From Candidatus Omnitrophota bacterium (GTDB lineage Bacteria; Omnitrophota; Gorgyraeia; JAZDFF01), in contig JAZDFF010000042.1 of assembly GCA_043808095.1 (NCBI GenBank), positions 38,667 to 102,666 of the forward strand: a DNA stretch of 64,000 bases. The letters are read 5' to 3'. The notes below the pieces were generated by a model that was not told the origin of the DNA, made no database searches, and saw nothing but the letters and a program-made list of their open reading frames with translations. The position numbers were made by a program, and so were the translations under genes. Numbering within the stretch: position 1 is the stretch's first letter; the number at the start of each line of letters is the position of its first letter. This document shows, in pieces, positions 28,648 to 39,134 of the stretch.

Positions 28648-30165
28648 CTATTTACCCTTTACGATAAGAAAACCGCGATTGGTTTGAACCAAGGCATCGC
28701 CCTGGATATCTTTGGCCACTTTATTAAAATCAGCGGTATTTTTTATTGCCTCTTTATTGATTTCGATAATCACATCTCCGACAACAATCCCTGCCTCATC
28801 AGCGGCAGAGCCGCTGTCTACATCTATAACCACTACTCCCTCTTCGTTTTCAAGTCCAAATTTTCTGGCGATCTGGTCAGTAATATCGCCAACTACCAAA
28901 CCCCTCCAAGACTTGCCGGCAGGACTTCCTTTTTCTGCGTATTTCGTAACATCTTCAGGCCTTTCTCCGACTTCGGCAGAAACCGTAATTTTATTTTTGT
29001 CTCTTAAGACCTCAAGCTGTACTTTCCTGCCTACCTCGGCCTTACCTACGACCTTTAAGAGATCGTTCACGCTAGATACGCGCTCGCCATCAAAACTAAG
29101 GATAATATCTTTGTCTTTGATGCCGGCATTATCCGCCGGACTGTCTTTAAATACCTTTACAATCAAAACACCTTTTTTATCAGGAACGCCAAAATAATCA
29201 GCGAGTTTCTCATCCATGTCCTGGACATTTATCCCTAACCAGCCGTAAAGGATCTTTTTGCCTTCGATGAGTTTACCCAGGATGCGTTTTGCCTGATTAA
29301 TGGGAATGGCAAAGCCGACGCCTTGATAACCGCCGGTTGTAGAAAAGATGGCCACGTTTATAGCAATTACCTCGCCATTAAGATTTACTAAAGGGCCGCC
29401 GGAATTTCCGGGGTTTATGGCGGCATCCGTCTGAATCAAATCAGTATAATCCTTATCCCGGCTCAAGACCCTTCCCAGTGAGCGATGCAATGCGCTGACT
29501 ACGCCAACGGTTACTGTCGGCTCTGGATTTTCCAAGGCAAAACCAAAAGGATTGCCAATGGCAACAACCCACTGGCCGATCTTTACTTTAGCGGAATCAC
29601 CTAATACCGCAACCGGAAGATTATTGGCATCAATCTTTATCACGGCCAAGTCCGAGCGCCTATCTCTGCCTTTAACCTCGCCTTTCAATTCCCTGCCGTC
29701 AGAAAGCGTGACCGTAATTTTATCCGCATCCTGAATCACATGTTCATTAGTCAGGATATATCCGGCAGGATTAATAATAACGCCTGAACCCAGCCCCATG
29801 CGCTTATATTCTCTTTCCGGCATCTCGCCTAAGAAATCATCAAAGAAGCGGCGAAATAACTCATCGCTTCCGAAAGGACTCTCATCAGAGGGCCCTCCTC
29901 GGTAATAGAACTGCCTTCCTCCAACCTTTTCAGTATGCACCGTGCTAATCGACACCACTGCCTTACCTACTTCACTAGCCACAGTCATAGTTGCCTGTTC
30001 AACATCTGGCGAGTCAGACTGTTTGAGGCCGGTCTTAGAGTCGGCATTTAATAGAGGCGAAAGATCAAGTCTTGTCGCAATCAACAAGCCCACAATAATA
30101 CCTAGGGCTAAACTTAAAAAGAAAAATGAGAATTTATGTTCCTTGATTTTTCTGATAATATTCAT
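28648..30165 (-). CDS. periplasmic serine endoprotease DegP/HtrA family with two PDZ domains
   Basis: Signal/anchor, catalytic triad context (TNEHVI, GNSGGPLVNLNGEVI), followed by two PDZ-like domains. Confidence 0.9.
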   Translation of the reverse strand: MNIIRKIKEHKFSFFFLSLALGIIVGLLIATRLDLSPLLNADSKTGLKQSDSPDVEQATMTVASEVGKAVVSISTVHTEKVGGRQFYYRGGPSDESPFGSDELFRRFFDDFLGEMPEREYKRMGLGSGVIINPAGYILTNEHVIQDADKITVTLSDGRELKGEVKGRDRRSDLAVIKIDANNLPVAVLGDSAKVKIGQWVVAIGNPFGFALENPEPTVTVGVVSALHRSLGRVLSRDKDYTDLIQTDAAINPGNSGGPLVNLNGEVIAINVAIFSTTGGYQGVGFAIPINQAKRILGKLIEGKKILYGWLGINVQDMDEKLADYFGVPDKKGVLIVKVFKDSPADNAGIKDKDIILSFDGERVSSVNDLLKVVGKAEVGRKVQLEVLRDKNKITVSAEVGERPEDVTKYAEKGSPAGKSWRGLVVGDITDQIARKFGLENEEGVVVIDVDSGSAADEAGIVVGDVIIEINKEAIKNTADFNKVAKDIQGDALVQTNRGFLIVKGK

Positions 30166-30259
30166 TTTAATCTCCCTTTCATTAAAAACAGTCCTTCACG
30201 AAATTAACCTAAAGGGCTGTTGATTACAGCGATTTAGCCTCGAGTTTTAATCCTTGAAT

Positions 30260-30355
30260 CCCTGGCTGCCCCGAGAAATTCGGAGAATTTCCGGGACTTA
30301 GTCCTTGGAATTTTACAATGTAAAATTCCTAAGGGCCGTCAGGCAGGTATTTTTT
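30260..30355. repeat. ~90-nt palindromic repeat element (family C), copy 2
   Basis: Same sequence as 49429..49517. Sits in the recA-degP gap. Confidence 0.9.
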
Positions 30356-30451
30356 GATCTCTGTAATCAAGGGCGAAACGATACTTCGATTTCACTCAGT
30401 ATTCGTCCTGAGCTTGTCGAAGGACGAATTTGTGAAGCCCTATTAAAAAGA

Positions 30452-31489
30452 TTATTTCTTGGCTAAAAGAGTATCCTTAATCACCTTAATGATCTTATCC
30501 ATCACCTTGGGATTTTCCTTTAAAAAATCCCGGGCCTTATCATGACCCAAGGCCAGTTTTTCGCCTTCAAAGATAAACCAGTTACCTTGTTTCTGGATTA
30601 GGCCGGTGTTAAGACCGGTCTCAAGGACGCTTGAGGACTTGGAGATCCCTTCTTCATGCAGGATCTCAAATTCTGCCTCTTTAAAAGGCGGAGCAACCTT
30701 GTTTTTGACTACCTTTGCCCTTACACGGCTGCCGATAACCGAGTCCCCTGCTTTTACGTGACCGATACGGCGCAGATCCAGCCTCACTGAGGAATAAAAC
30801 TTTAAGGCCCTTCCGCCCGTGGTGGTTTCAGGGTTACCAAAGAATACGCCGATTTTTTCGCGGATCTGGTTGATGAAGACCACGCAGGTCTTGGACTTAC
30901 TGATGACCGCAGTGAGTTTTCTTAAGGCCTGGGACATCAGGCGCGCCTGAAGCCCCATGTGTGCGTCGCCCATCTCGCCTTCAATCTCTGCCCTGGGGGT
31001 GAGTGCGGCTACCGAATCAATGACAATTAAATCCACGGCATTGGAGCGTACCAGGGTCTCGGTAATCTCTAAGGCCTGTTCTCCGGTATCGGGCTGGGAG
31101 ATTAAGAGGTCATCAAGTTTTACTCCTACCTTCTTGGCATAGGTGGCATCAAAGGCATGTTCTGCATCAATAAAGGCAGCTACTCCGCCTTGTCTTTGGA
31201 CCTCGGTAATCACATTTAAGGTAAGCGTGGTCTTACCGGATGCCTCCGGGCCAAAGACCTCAATCACCCGGCCGCGGGGAAAGCCGCCGACTCCTAAGGC
31301 AATATCTAAAGACAATGCCCCTGTAGGAATTACCGGTATATCAAGTCTGGCCTCTTGGCCCAATTTCATAATTGAGCCCTTGCCGAATTGCTTTTCAATT
31401 TGTGTTAGTGCCAGTTCCAGGGCCTTTTGGCGTTCGGAAATATTTTCGGTCTTTACCTCTTTTTCGGGATGGTGTTTTTCTTGGGACAT
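30452..31489 (-). CDS. recA: recombinase RecA
   Basis: Walker [11 protein letters not shown], plus L1/L2 loop regions. Confidence 0.95.
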   Translation of the reverse strand: MSQEKHHPEKEVKTENISERQKALELALTQIEKQFGKGSIMKLGQEARLDIPVIPTGALSLDIALGVGGFPRGRVIEVFGPEASGKTTLTLNVITEVQRQGGVAAFIDAEHAFDATYAKKVGVKLDDLLISQPDTGEQALEITETLVRSNAVDLIVIDSVAALTPRAEIEGEMGDAHMGLQARLMSQALRKLTAVISKSKTCVVFINQIREKIGVFFGNPETTTGGRALKFYSSVRLDLRRIGHVKAGDSVIGSRVRAKVVKNKVAPPFKEAEFEILHEEGISKSSSVLETGLNTGLIQKQGNWFIFEGEKLALGHDKARDFLKENPKVMDKIIKVIKDTLLAKK

Positions 31490-31736
31490 ATTGGGTCCTC
31501 CTTAAAAATTAACCTTATTTAAAAATGAAGGGTTTTCTCCAGGGTTAGGGAATGTATTATACAATATCAAAATTCTAATGTCAATGGTTCGATTGTACTC
31601 ACCATTGATACTGAAACCCTCAACTTCGTTCGGGATGGTGAGCAAAAGGCGAACCAGAGGAATAATGAGCCTGTCGAACCACGAAGTTGAATGTATCAAA
31701 CAGGATTTATACCTTAAAATGGCTGCCAAACACCTC

Positions 31737-31765
31737 TTGACATAAGCAGAATTTTATGTTAAAGT
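31737..31765 (+). promoter_or_regulatory. putative sigma70-like promoter for the GAF-GGDEF gene
   Basis: TTGACA (31737..31742), 17-nt spacer, TAAAGT (31760..31765). If real, the CDS starts at the second Met (31798). Confidence 0.3.
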
Positions 31766-32988
31766 CCCTGCTTATATACCTTAATCAAAACTTGACCATG
31801 CTAAATAACAATATCAATAAAAGTGATATCGAATACGAACTGGAAAAAACTAGATTAGAGCTCTCCATCCTTTATGAGATCTCGAATGCGATGCGCCGCA
31901 CTTTAAAGCTCGATGAGATCCTCTATATCATCTTGACCGGTGTCACCTCCCATGTGGGATTAGGGTTTAACCGGGCGATGTTACTTTTAGTGGATGAAGG
32001 CAGCCAATTCTTAGAAGGCAAGATGGGTATTGGACCAGATACAGGTGATGAGGCAGGCCGCATCTGGAGGCATATTGAGGCTAAGGATATGAAACTCGAG
32101 GATTTAGTTAATGCCTACGAGGCCTCGGGAAAGATGTTTGATTCTCAGTTCAACCGACTGGTACAGAGTTTTAGAATTCCCTTAAAAGAAGACGGCGGAA
32201 TCCTTGCTATTACCGCCTTGGATGACCGACCTATGCATATAAAGAAACAATCCGATGCCTTCTACGATAATGAACCAATCCTAAAAAAATTAAATACCCA
32301 GGAATTTGTCACTGTGCCTTTAAGGGCTAAAGACAGTGTAATTGGTGTGATTCTAGCAGACAACATCTTTACTCAAAGAGAGATTACTAAAGATGATATC
32401 GAGATACTTACATTGTTTTCCAACCAGGCAGGCCTGGCAATCGAAAATTCCCGTCTGTATGAAAAGACCTTAATCAAGACAAATATTGATGCCTTGACCG
32501 GCCTGTGGAACCATGGTTATTTCCAGTTTAAACTTAACGAGGAAATAAAAAAGGTAAAAGAACAAACTCATCCCCTAAATCTAATTATGATAGATATTGA
32601 TTACTTTAAGAATTATAATGATGGCCTAGGACATCAAGAAGGAGACCGCATCTTAGTAGAGATAGCTAAGGTCTTAAAGGATTCTTCGAGAAAATCAGAT
32701 TATGTATGCAGATATGGTGGTGAGGAATTTGCTATAATCCTGCCGCAGACGACAAAACAGGAGGCGCTCTTACTTTCGGAAAGAATTAGGCAGCATGTCC
32801 AGAATCATCGTTTTAAACATGAAGAAATCCAGCCAGAAAAAGAAATCACGGTAAGTATTGGCCTGGCGACTTTTCCTGAAGACGCACAAACAAAAGATCA
32901 GCTTATTTCTTGCGCGGATACTTCGCTTTACGAGGCTAAAAAGACGGGAAAAAACAAAGTCTGTTATTACTCTGCAGTAAAAATCTAA
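31756..32988 (+). CDS. cytoplasmic GAF-domain diguanylate cyclase (GGDEF with canonical RYGGEEF and RxxD I-site)
   Basis: GAF-like N-terminal region. DALTGLWNHGYFQ...RKSDYVCRYGGEEFAIILP has both an intact active site and an I-site. The true start may be the second Met at 31798, because the first ATG overlaps the putative -10. The 3' end overlaps the smc 3' end convergently by 4 nt. Confidence 0.85.
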   Translation: MLKSLLIYLNQNLTMLNNNINKSDIEYELEKTRLELSILYEISNAMRRTLKLDEILYIILTGVTSHVGLGFNRAMLLLVDEGSQFLEGKMGIGPDTGDEAGRIWRHIEAKDMKLEDLVNAYEASGKMFDSQFNRLVQSFRIPLKEDGGILAITALDDRPMHIKKQSDAFYDNEPILKKLNTQEFVTVPLRAKDSVIGVILADNIFTQREITKDDIEILTLFSNQAGLAIENSRLYEKTLIKTNIDALTGLWNHGYFQFKLNEEIKKVKEQTHPLNLIMIDIDYFKNYNDGLGHQEGDRILVEIAKVLKDSSRKSDYVCRYGGEEFAIILPQTTKQEALLLSERIRQHVQNHRFKHEEIQPEKEITVSIGLATFPEDAQTKDQLISCADTSLYEAKKTGKNKVCYYSAVKI

Positions 32989-35900
32989 TTAACTTTTTCT
33001 ACTTCTAAATTTTGGCCATCCTTGGAAGAACCTGTAGTGATTCCCTTCTTAGGCTTATGATCGGCAAATTTTACCGAAACAATTTTTGAAACCCCGGACT
33101 CCTGCATAGTTATTCCATACATTACATCCGCATGGGCAATTGTCTTTTTATTATGGGTAATCACGATAAACTGGGAGGTCTTGGTGAATTCCTTCAAAAG
33201 CCTTCCAAAACGACTGACATTAGACTCATCCAGGGCGCTGTCAATCTCGTCCAGTACGCAGAATGGCGAGGGTTTAATCTTAAATATGGAAAATATTAAC
33301 GCAATGGCGGAAAGCGCCTTTTCTCCGCCTGATAAAAGCGAGACATTCTGGAGTTTCTTGCCCGGAGGCTGGCATATAATTTCAATTCCCGACTCTAACA
33401 CATCTTCAGGATCAATAAGGATAAGTTTGGCGTCTCCTCCGCCAAAAAGGAGTTTAAAATAATTGCGGAACTCTGCTTCAATTTTCTGGAAGGTCTCAGT
33501 AAACATCTTGCGGGTAGTCTGGTTAATCTTGGTGATGGCCTTATGAAGCGAGTCTTTGGCAGTAAGTAAATCCTCCTGTTGTTTAGTAAGAAACTCAAAC
33601 CTGGTCTTTAACTCCTCATGCTCCTCAATTGCTACCAGGTTCACAGTCCCAAAATTATCGACCTTGGTTTTTAACTCATTAATCTGATTATTTAAAACAG
33701 TAGGGTCTATACCTCTATCCAATTGAACGGTTGAGCCGTCAATATCAACTTTATAGGTATTTAAGAGCCTCTCTTTTAAACTCATCCTCCTAAAATTTAT
33801 ATCCTGGCCGTGCATCTGTAAGTTATGAAGTTCGGATTTAATTTTTTCGCTTACTTCCTTTACCTTCTGAATCTCTGCTGCACTTGCCTTGACCAACTCA
33901 ATATAATTTTCTTTGTTCTTTTCAATCTCCTTAAAATCCCGGTCTAACTCTTGAAAATTTAGGTTTGTTTTTTTAATGTCCTCTTCTAAACCAATAATCT
34001 CATCCTCCAACTCTTTTTTCTTAGTGAATATGCCTTTAATTTCTTTTTCAATTGAGGCTAATGCCATTTCGTCCTGACTGACAGTATCCGAGAGTAACTT
34101 AAAAGTATTCGATATCGAGGAACGCTTATCCACAAAAGAATTTATCTGGACTTCAATCTGGGTTATTTCAATTAAGACATTTTGGTTATTTTCTTGGTAT
34201 TGGGTGATTAAGTTTTGACTATTTTCTATTTCGAGCTTGGTCTTGTCTTCTTCTACTTCCCAAAGATTAAGTAGGGAGTTAGCCTCATTAACCTTTTTCG
34301 CCAGGGAGTCGATATTGCCGTTGGTTTCACTTAGCTCATCACCAACCAATGTGACTTCGCTTTCCAATTTATCTAACTGCTCTTTTATATTATCTTTCTG
34401 ATTTAGCGAATTTGCTACTTGTAATTCTTGAGCCCGGGATTTAGCCTGGAGGGCTTTAACTTGTGCTAAGAACTGTTCTAGGTTTAGCTCCTGTGCCTGT
34501 TTTTCGGCATTGGCCTGGCCCAATTTATTTTCCGTTTGATCAAGCCTGGATTGAATTGCCTTTACATCTAACGGGATGAGCTTTATCTCGCAATTGGCTC
34601 CAGAAAGTTCTGCAATATTAGTAAAATGAGATTTGAGCATCTGTTTATGCCCAGGGGAAATATCAAAAGAATCAATCACCTTACCGATAAATCCGGCCTC
34701 ACCCGAAGGGATTTTTCCTTCGCTAAAGATAACGGCCCTTAATTTTTGAGGCATCTCGTCATATTTTGATTTAAGCCCCGAGAGAAATTCTTTTTGCGAC
34801 TGGAGCATGGATTTTTCTTTATCCAGCAAGATGATGTCCTCTTTTAGTAAATTGAGCCTGTTTTTTTGTTCCTCGATATTATGCTCAAGATTTCTACATG
34901 CCTCCTGTAATTGTCCAAAGGCATTTTCATTATCCTCATGCTGCGAAACCGCACTATTGTATTTTTCCTGTACCTGGCTTAGCTCTTCCCTGGTCTTAGC
35001 CAATTCTAAATCGAGTCGGCGCTTACGTGCCATTAAAACTGACATTTCTGAATTGAACCGATTAATCTCATTTCTTGCCTTGGTGATTTGAGTGGCTAAA
35101 TCTAAGAGTCTGGGCTGAGATTTGGTAATTCTATTTTTGGCATCTTTGGTCTTTAGGTCAAGGTCGGCCACAAGAATTTGTCTTTCCTTTAGGGCAATCT
35201 GTTTTTGGGATTGTAATTTCTCTTGGGATTCTAATTCTTTAGAGACAGCATCTAGGTTCTTTCTCTGCTGCAAGATTCTTTCTTGTATTTGTTTCTTTTG
35301 TTGTTCTAAGTCGCCGGTCCTTGCCAGTTCATCCTGGATGCGCTCTTTATTTAAGCTTATGTGTTGTCTGTCGCGCTCAATGGTACCTTCAATCCTTAGG
35401 TGTTCGGACTGAATTTGACTGGTTTTTCTATTCAGCCCTTCCAGTTCCTCCTGGGTCTTGGTATATTTTTTCTCAAACTCACCCATAGAAAGTGCCTGGG
35501 CATTATTTTTATCTTGGAAGTCTTTTATTCTGCCCTCAAGTTCATCCTGCTGGTTCTTTAAAAGATCAATCTCAAAGGCGGCCAGTTTCACTTCCGCCTC
35601 TTTTAGGCGCTCATACAGCTCCTGATAACGCTTAGCCCGCTGGGCCTGACGTTCCACAGAGGTAATTTGGCGTTTAATCTCGGTGATGATATCACTGACC
35701 CTCAGGAGGTTATTATCTGTATCTTCTAATTTTCTTAAGGCCTCTCTTTTTTTAGATTTATAAAGGGTAATGCCGGCCGCCTCATCAAAAATGAGGCGCC
35801 GGTCCTCAGGTCTGGAGCTTAAGACAAGATCAATTTTACCCTGTTCAACCAGGGAATAGGATTCGCTGGTAATACCGGTGCCTAAAAATAATTCCGTGAT

Positions 35901-36269
35901 GTCTTTTAGCCTTACCGGATTTTTATTAATCAGGTATTCGCTCTCACCTGAGCGAAAGATACGGCGAGTAATCACCACTTCCTCATATTCAATAGGCAGG
36001 AATTTATTTTCGTTAGAAAACATCAAAGATACCTCTGCAAAACCGAGGCTCGGTTTAGTAGTGGTTCCGTTAAAGATTACGTCTTCCATCTTCGAACCGC
36101 GTAGCGACTTTATTGACTGTTCGCCCAAGACCCAGCGGATGGAATCAAAGATATTACTCTTGCCGCAGCCATTGGGTCCGACGACCGCCGTTATGCCCGG
36201 CTCAAAATTAAGGACTGTCTTGTCGGCAAAGGATTTAAAACCGATTAGTTCTAACTTTTTAAAATACAT
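32985..36269 (-). CDS. smc: chromosome partition protein SMC
   Basis: N-terminal Walker A GPNGCGKSN, long coiled coils, hinge, C-terminal LSGGEKALSAIAL signature and Walker B. Confidence 0.95.
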   Translation of the reverse strand: MYFKKLELIGFKSFADKTVLNFEPGITAVVGPNGCGKSNIFDSIRWVLGEQSIKSLRGSKMEDVIFNGTTTKPSLGFAEVSLMFSNENKFLPIEYEEVVITRRIFRSGESEYLINKNPVRLKDITELFLGTGITSESYSLVEQGKIDLVLSSRPEDRRLIFDEAAGITLYKSKKREALRKLEDTDNNLLRVSDIITEIKRQITSVERQAQRAKRYQELYERLKEAEVKLAAFEIDLLKNQQDELEGRIKDFQDKNNAQALSMGEFEKKYTKTQEELEGLNRKTSQIQSEHLRIEGTIERDRQHISLNKERIQDELARTGDLEQQKKQIQERILQQRKNLDAVSKELESQEKLQSQKQIALKERQILVADLDLKTKDAKNRITKSQPRLLDLATQITKARNEINRFNSEMSVLMARKRRLDLELAKTREELSQVQEKYNSAVSQHEDNENAFGQLQEACRNLEHNIEEQKNRLNLLKEDIILLDKEKSMLQSQKEFLSGLKSKYDEMPQKLRAVIFSEGKIPSGEAGFIGKVIDSFDISPGHKQMLKSHFTNIAELSGANCEIKLIPLDVKAIQSRLDQTENKLGQANAEKQAQELNLEQFLAQVKALQAKSRAQELQVANSLNQKDNIKEQLDKLESEVTLVGDELSETNGNIDSLAKKVNEANSLLNLWEVEEDKTKLEIENSQNLITQYQENNQNVLIEITQIEVQINSFVDKRSSISNTFKLLSDTVSQDEMALASIEKEIKGIFTKKKELEDEIIGLEEDIKKTNLNFQELDRDFKEIEKNKENYIELVKASAAEIQKVKEVSEKIKSELHNLQMHGQDINFRRMSLKERLLNTYKVDIDGSTVQLDRGIDPTVLNNQINELKTKVDNFGTVNLVAIEEHEELKTRFEFLTKQQEDLLTAKDSLHKAITKINQTTRKMFTETFQKIEAEFRNYFKLLFGGGDAKLILIDPEDVLESGIEIICQPPGKKLQNVSLLSGGEKALSAIALIFSIFKIKPSPFCVLDEIDSALDESNVSRFGRLLKEFTKTSQFIVITHNKKTIAHADVMYGITMQESGVSKIVSVKFADHKPKKGITTGSSKDGQNLEVEKVN

Positions 36270-36271
36270 AT

Positions 36272-36637
36272 TTACCTACCTTGTATTTCCGCAAGAGACC
36301 GAAAGATATATTTAGAAAGCCTCTGTCGATCGGCATCAGATATCTGGCTAAATTCAATTCCTGCCTCAAGATGCGAAGCTTTATCACCTTCCCCCATGTC
36401 AAACTTTTCTATCCAGACTACCCTTCCCCTTGCCTGAATTGGCAGGACCTCTTCCTTGATATAAATCTTTAACCCTAAAACCGTCCCTTTATCAATCATC
36501 TTATCCAGAAACAGGCAAATCCCACCCATACTTATATTTTTAGTGGTAGAGCCCAATCCATCACCGGCCTTTTCAATTATCGCATATTCAACTTTCACTA
36601 AGGTATTGAGTCGGACAAAACGTCTTCTCTCTTCCAT
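36272..36637 (-). CDS. PilZ-domain protein (c-di-GMP receptor family), 121 aa
   Basis: RRRFVR (RxxxR) and NISMGG (D/NxSxxG) motifs with PilZ spacing. Its stop lies 2 nt upstream of the smc ATG. Confidence 0.75.
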   Translation of the reverse strand: MEERRRFVRLNTLVKVEYAIIEKAGDGLGSTTKNISMGGICLFLDKMIDKGTVLGLKIYIKEEVLPIQARGRVVWIEKFDMGEGDKASHLEAGIEFSQISDADRQRLSKYIFRSLAEIQGR

Positions 36638-36819
36638 TTCAGCCTCGCTTTTTTAATCGCTTCCCGCCCATCAGCTGGATCCCGCATCTTCGGAAAACAC
36701 AGAGCGGGAAAAACGCAAAATCACTTTTGGCAATACCTATACCGCTAAGGCCGCCAAATTTTTTCTTTGCGTTCTTGGCGAAGTTTCTAATAATTACCTT
36801 TTTTTGCGTTCTTTGCGGT

Positions 36820-38019
36820 TCACTTTTTATGAAGTTGACCAAATCTCTTGGTTAATAATGGAACTATCTGAAATAAATCACCCACTACTCCAAGGGTGGC
36901 AATCTTAAATATGGGCGCAGAGGGATCTTTATTAATGGCGATTATCGTTTTAGAAGACTGCATGCCTACTAAATGCTGGATCTGACCGGAGATCCCGCAG
37001 GCGATATATATCTTGGGGGCCACAGTCCTTCCGGTCTGACCTACCTGATGCGAATAAGGCATCCAGTCGCTGTCAACTGCAGCGCGCGATGCGCCGACTG
37101 CCCCGCCTAAAACCTTAGCCAACTCCTCTAAAATTTTAAAATTTTCAGGCCCACCCATGCCGCGGCCGCCTGAAACAATAATATCTGCCTCAGATAAATT
37201 CACCGTGGCTTCTATCTCATCGATGATATCTAATAATTTTGTCCGGCTTCTAAGCATATCACCGTCAAAGTTTTCGCTGATGACCCTGCCTTTTCGCTTC
37301 ATGTCGATAGGCAAGTCGGGGAAAACCTTGTGTCTTACTGTAGCCATCTGCGGCCGATAATTAGGCGAGATAATCGTAGCCATGATGTTTCCGCCAAATG
37401 CCGGCCGGGTCTGAAGTAGTATCTTTTTTTGAGGCTCAATATCTAAACCTGTACAGTCTGCAGTCAGCCCCGCCATGATTTTAACTGCCACCCGCGAGAT
37501 CAAAGAGCGGCCGATAAAAGTTGCTCCGCATAAAACAATCTCGGGCTTATATTTTTTGATTAACTCAACCAGTACATTGGTATAAGGCTCATCCTGGAAA
37601 TTAGCCAACTCTCTGCTCTCGACCACATAGACCTTATCTGCGCCACGCCAGATTAATTCCTGGACCTCTTCTTCCAAATGATCACCCAATAATACTGCCG
37701 AGACGTCCGTGCTTAAGGAAGCGGCCAATTCCCTGGCCTTTGCCAGCAACTCATAAACTACGGATTGGACCTTACCCTTTTTCTGCTCGGCAAAGATCCA
37801 TACGCCTTTGTAATCCTTAAAATCCGTCAATTTAGCCTTGTCCTCTTTTTCTAAAAAGATGGCCTTAAATTTACAACTCGGCACGCAGGCGCCGCAGAGA
37901 GTGCATTTATTTAAGTCAATAACCGCCTTTTTATCAAGAATCCTTATGGCATCAAAAGGGCAGGCCTTAAGGCACAGGCTGCAACCGTTGCATTTTTCAA
38001 TTATGATCTGGATCGGCAT
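36820..38019 (-). CDS. etfA: electron transfer flavoprotein alpha subunit with N-terminal 2x[4Fe-4S] ferredoxin domain
   Basis: N-terminal CNGCSLCLKACP and CTLCGACVPSC cluster motifs, then the ETF-alpha FAD-binding fold (ACGISGQIQHLVGM). Confidence 0.85.
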   Translation of the reverse strand: MPIQIIIEKCNGCSLCLKACPFDAIRILDKKAVIDLNKCTLCGACVPSCKFKAIFLEKEDKAKLTDFKDYKGVWIFAEQKKGKVQSVVYELLAKARELAASLSTDVSAVLLGDHLEEEVQELIWRGADKVYVVESRELANFQDEPYTNVLVELIKKYKPEIVLCGATFIGRSLISRVAVKIMAGLTADCTGLDIEPQKKILLQTRPAFGGNIMATIISPNYRPQMATVRHKVFPDLPIDMKRKGRVISENFDGDMLRSRTKLLDIIDEIEATVNLSEADIIVSGGRGMGGPENFKILEELAKVLGGAVGASRAAVDSDWMPYSHQVGQTGRTVAPKIYIACGISGQIQHLVGMQSSKTIIAINKDPSAPIFKIATLGVVGDLFQIVPLLTKRFGQLHKK

Positions 38020-38043
38020 CTTAAAATAAGTAAATCCATTTTA

Positions 38044-38187
38044 CACAGATGGGCACAGATTATCCCGCACCAAAATAAAAAAAATCCAGCGGGATCCCGC
38101 TATGGCGGGAAAAGAAACAGATGGGCACAGATATTTCTCGTCGGAATCTGTGCTAATCTGCGAGCCTTTCATCTGTGCTAATCTGTG
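38044..38187. repeat. family F repeats (ACAGATGGGCACAGAT and ATCTGTGCTAATCTG units) with an embedded family A REP
   Basis: ACAGATGGGCACAGAT at 38044..38060 and 38117..38132. ATCTGTGCTAATCTG x2 at 38146..38187. Same units at 47030..47150. Confidence 0.85.
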
Positions 38188-38208
38188 AAACATTATTTTT
38201 AATGTTTA

Positions 38209-38991
38209 TCAACTCATTGCCTCTTTTAAAAACTCGGCTAACTTATCGGCTAAATCCTGCGGCTCGCCCTCAAGGACTTGGCCGCCGGCCCGAGGCTTGG
38301 GCGTAAAAATTTTCACCACTTGGGTAGGCGAACCATCAAGGCCGATGCTATCGGGGTCAGCCGAAATATCTTCGGCCTTCCAGGAAATTATCTTGGCCTG
38401 CTTTGCGCGCAAAAGATTTTTTAAAGAGGGCAGTCGCGGCGTGTTTATCTCTTTGACCACCGTAAGTAATGCCGGAAGAGGCGTCTCTATTATTTCATAA
38501 CCTTCCTCAGTCATCCTCTCGACTCGTGCCGAGCCATCTTTAATTCCTTCAATCTTTTTCACATAGGTGACCTGGGGGATATCTAAATGCGCCGAAATCC
38601 CCGGCCCGACTTGAGCCGTATCTCCGTCTGAGGCCTGCTTTCCGCAAAGAATAATATCAAACTGACCGATCTTTCTAATGGCGGTGGCTAAGGTATAACT
38701 GGTCGCCCAGGTATCACTTCCTGCGAATGCGCGGTCAGAAATAAGGATCGCTTCATCAATACCCATGGAGATTGCTTCTCTTAAGGCAGAATCGGCTTGC
38801 GGCGGGCCCATGGTAATTACTGTAGCCTTACCAGAAAATTTTTCTTTTAAGCGTACTGCCTCTTCAATCGCATACATATCAAAAGGATTAATGATAGATT
38901 TTACCCCTTCGCGGATTAAGGTATTTGTTTCGGGGTTAATCTTTACATCCGTGGTTTCCGGAACCTGTTTTATACAGACGATGATGTGCAT
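38209..38991 (-). CDS. etfB: electron transfer flavoprotein beta subunit
   Basis: MHIIVCIKQVPETTDVKI start typical of EtfB/FixA. The 24 upstream codons in the ORF-track call overlap a CGGATG repeat array and were trimmed. Confidence 0.85.
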   Translation of the reverse strand: MHIIVCIKQVPETTDVKINPETNTLIREGVKSIINPFDMYAIEEAVRLKEKFSGKATVITMGPPQADSALREAISMGIDEAILISDRAFAGSDTWATSYTLATAIRKIGQFDIILCGKQASDGDTAQVGPGISAHLDIPQVTYVKKIEGIKDGSARVERMTEEGYEIIETPLPALLTVVKEINTPRLPSLKNLLRAKQAKIISWKAEDISADPDSIGLDGSPTQVVKIFTPKPRAGGQVLEGEPQDLADKLAEFLKEAMS

Positions 38992-39000
38992 ATCTATAAG

Positions 39001-39079
39001 CGGATGCAGACGGATTTTAGCGGATTCAAACGGATAAATTTCATCCGCGACATCCGTAACCATCTGTTTGCATCCGTGG
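39001..39079. repeat. family G CGGATG/CATCCG array
   Basis: CGGATGCAGACGGATTTTAGCGGATTCAAACGGATAAATTTCATCCGCGACATCCGTAACC...CATCCGTGG. A related array at 62304..62396 also holds a family B palindrome. Confidence 0.75.
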
Positions 39080-39134
39080 TAAAATATCCTGAATTCTTAA
39101 ATTGGTTATTCATTTTATTTATTATATTAAATAC

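Noticed and set aside
31580-31600. A GGTTCGATT motif, and several TCGAACC motifs in 6590..6660, that look like tRNA T-arm sequence.
   Set aside because: No matching acceptor-stem complement or anticodon arm could be built around them. They are units of an intergenic repeat and not tRNA genes.
31502-31729. 75-aa minus-strand ORF in the recA/DGC divergent region.
   Set aside because: It overlaps repeat units (GATTGTACTCA, TCGAACC) shared with 6370..6660. It has no start context or motif and is most likely a chance ORF across repeats.
36639-36842. 67-aa minus-strand ORF between the PilZ gene and etfA.
   Set aside because: Arg/Lys-rich translation across a degenerate family A REP. It overlaps the etfA 5' end.
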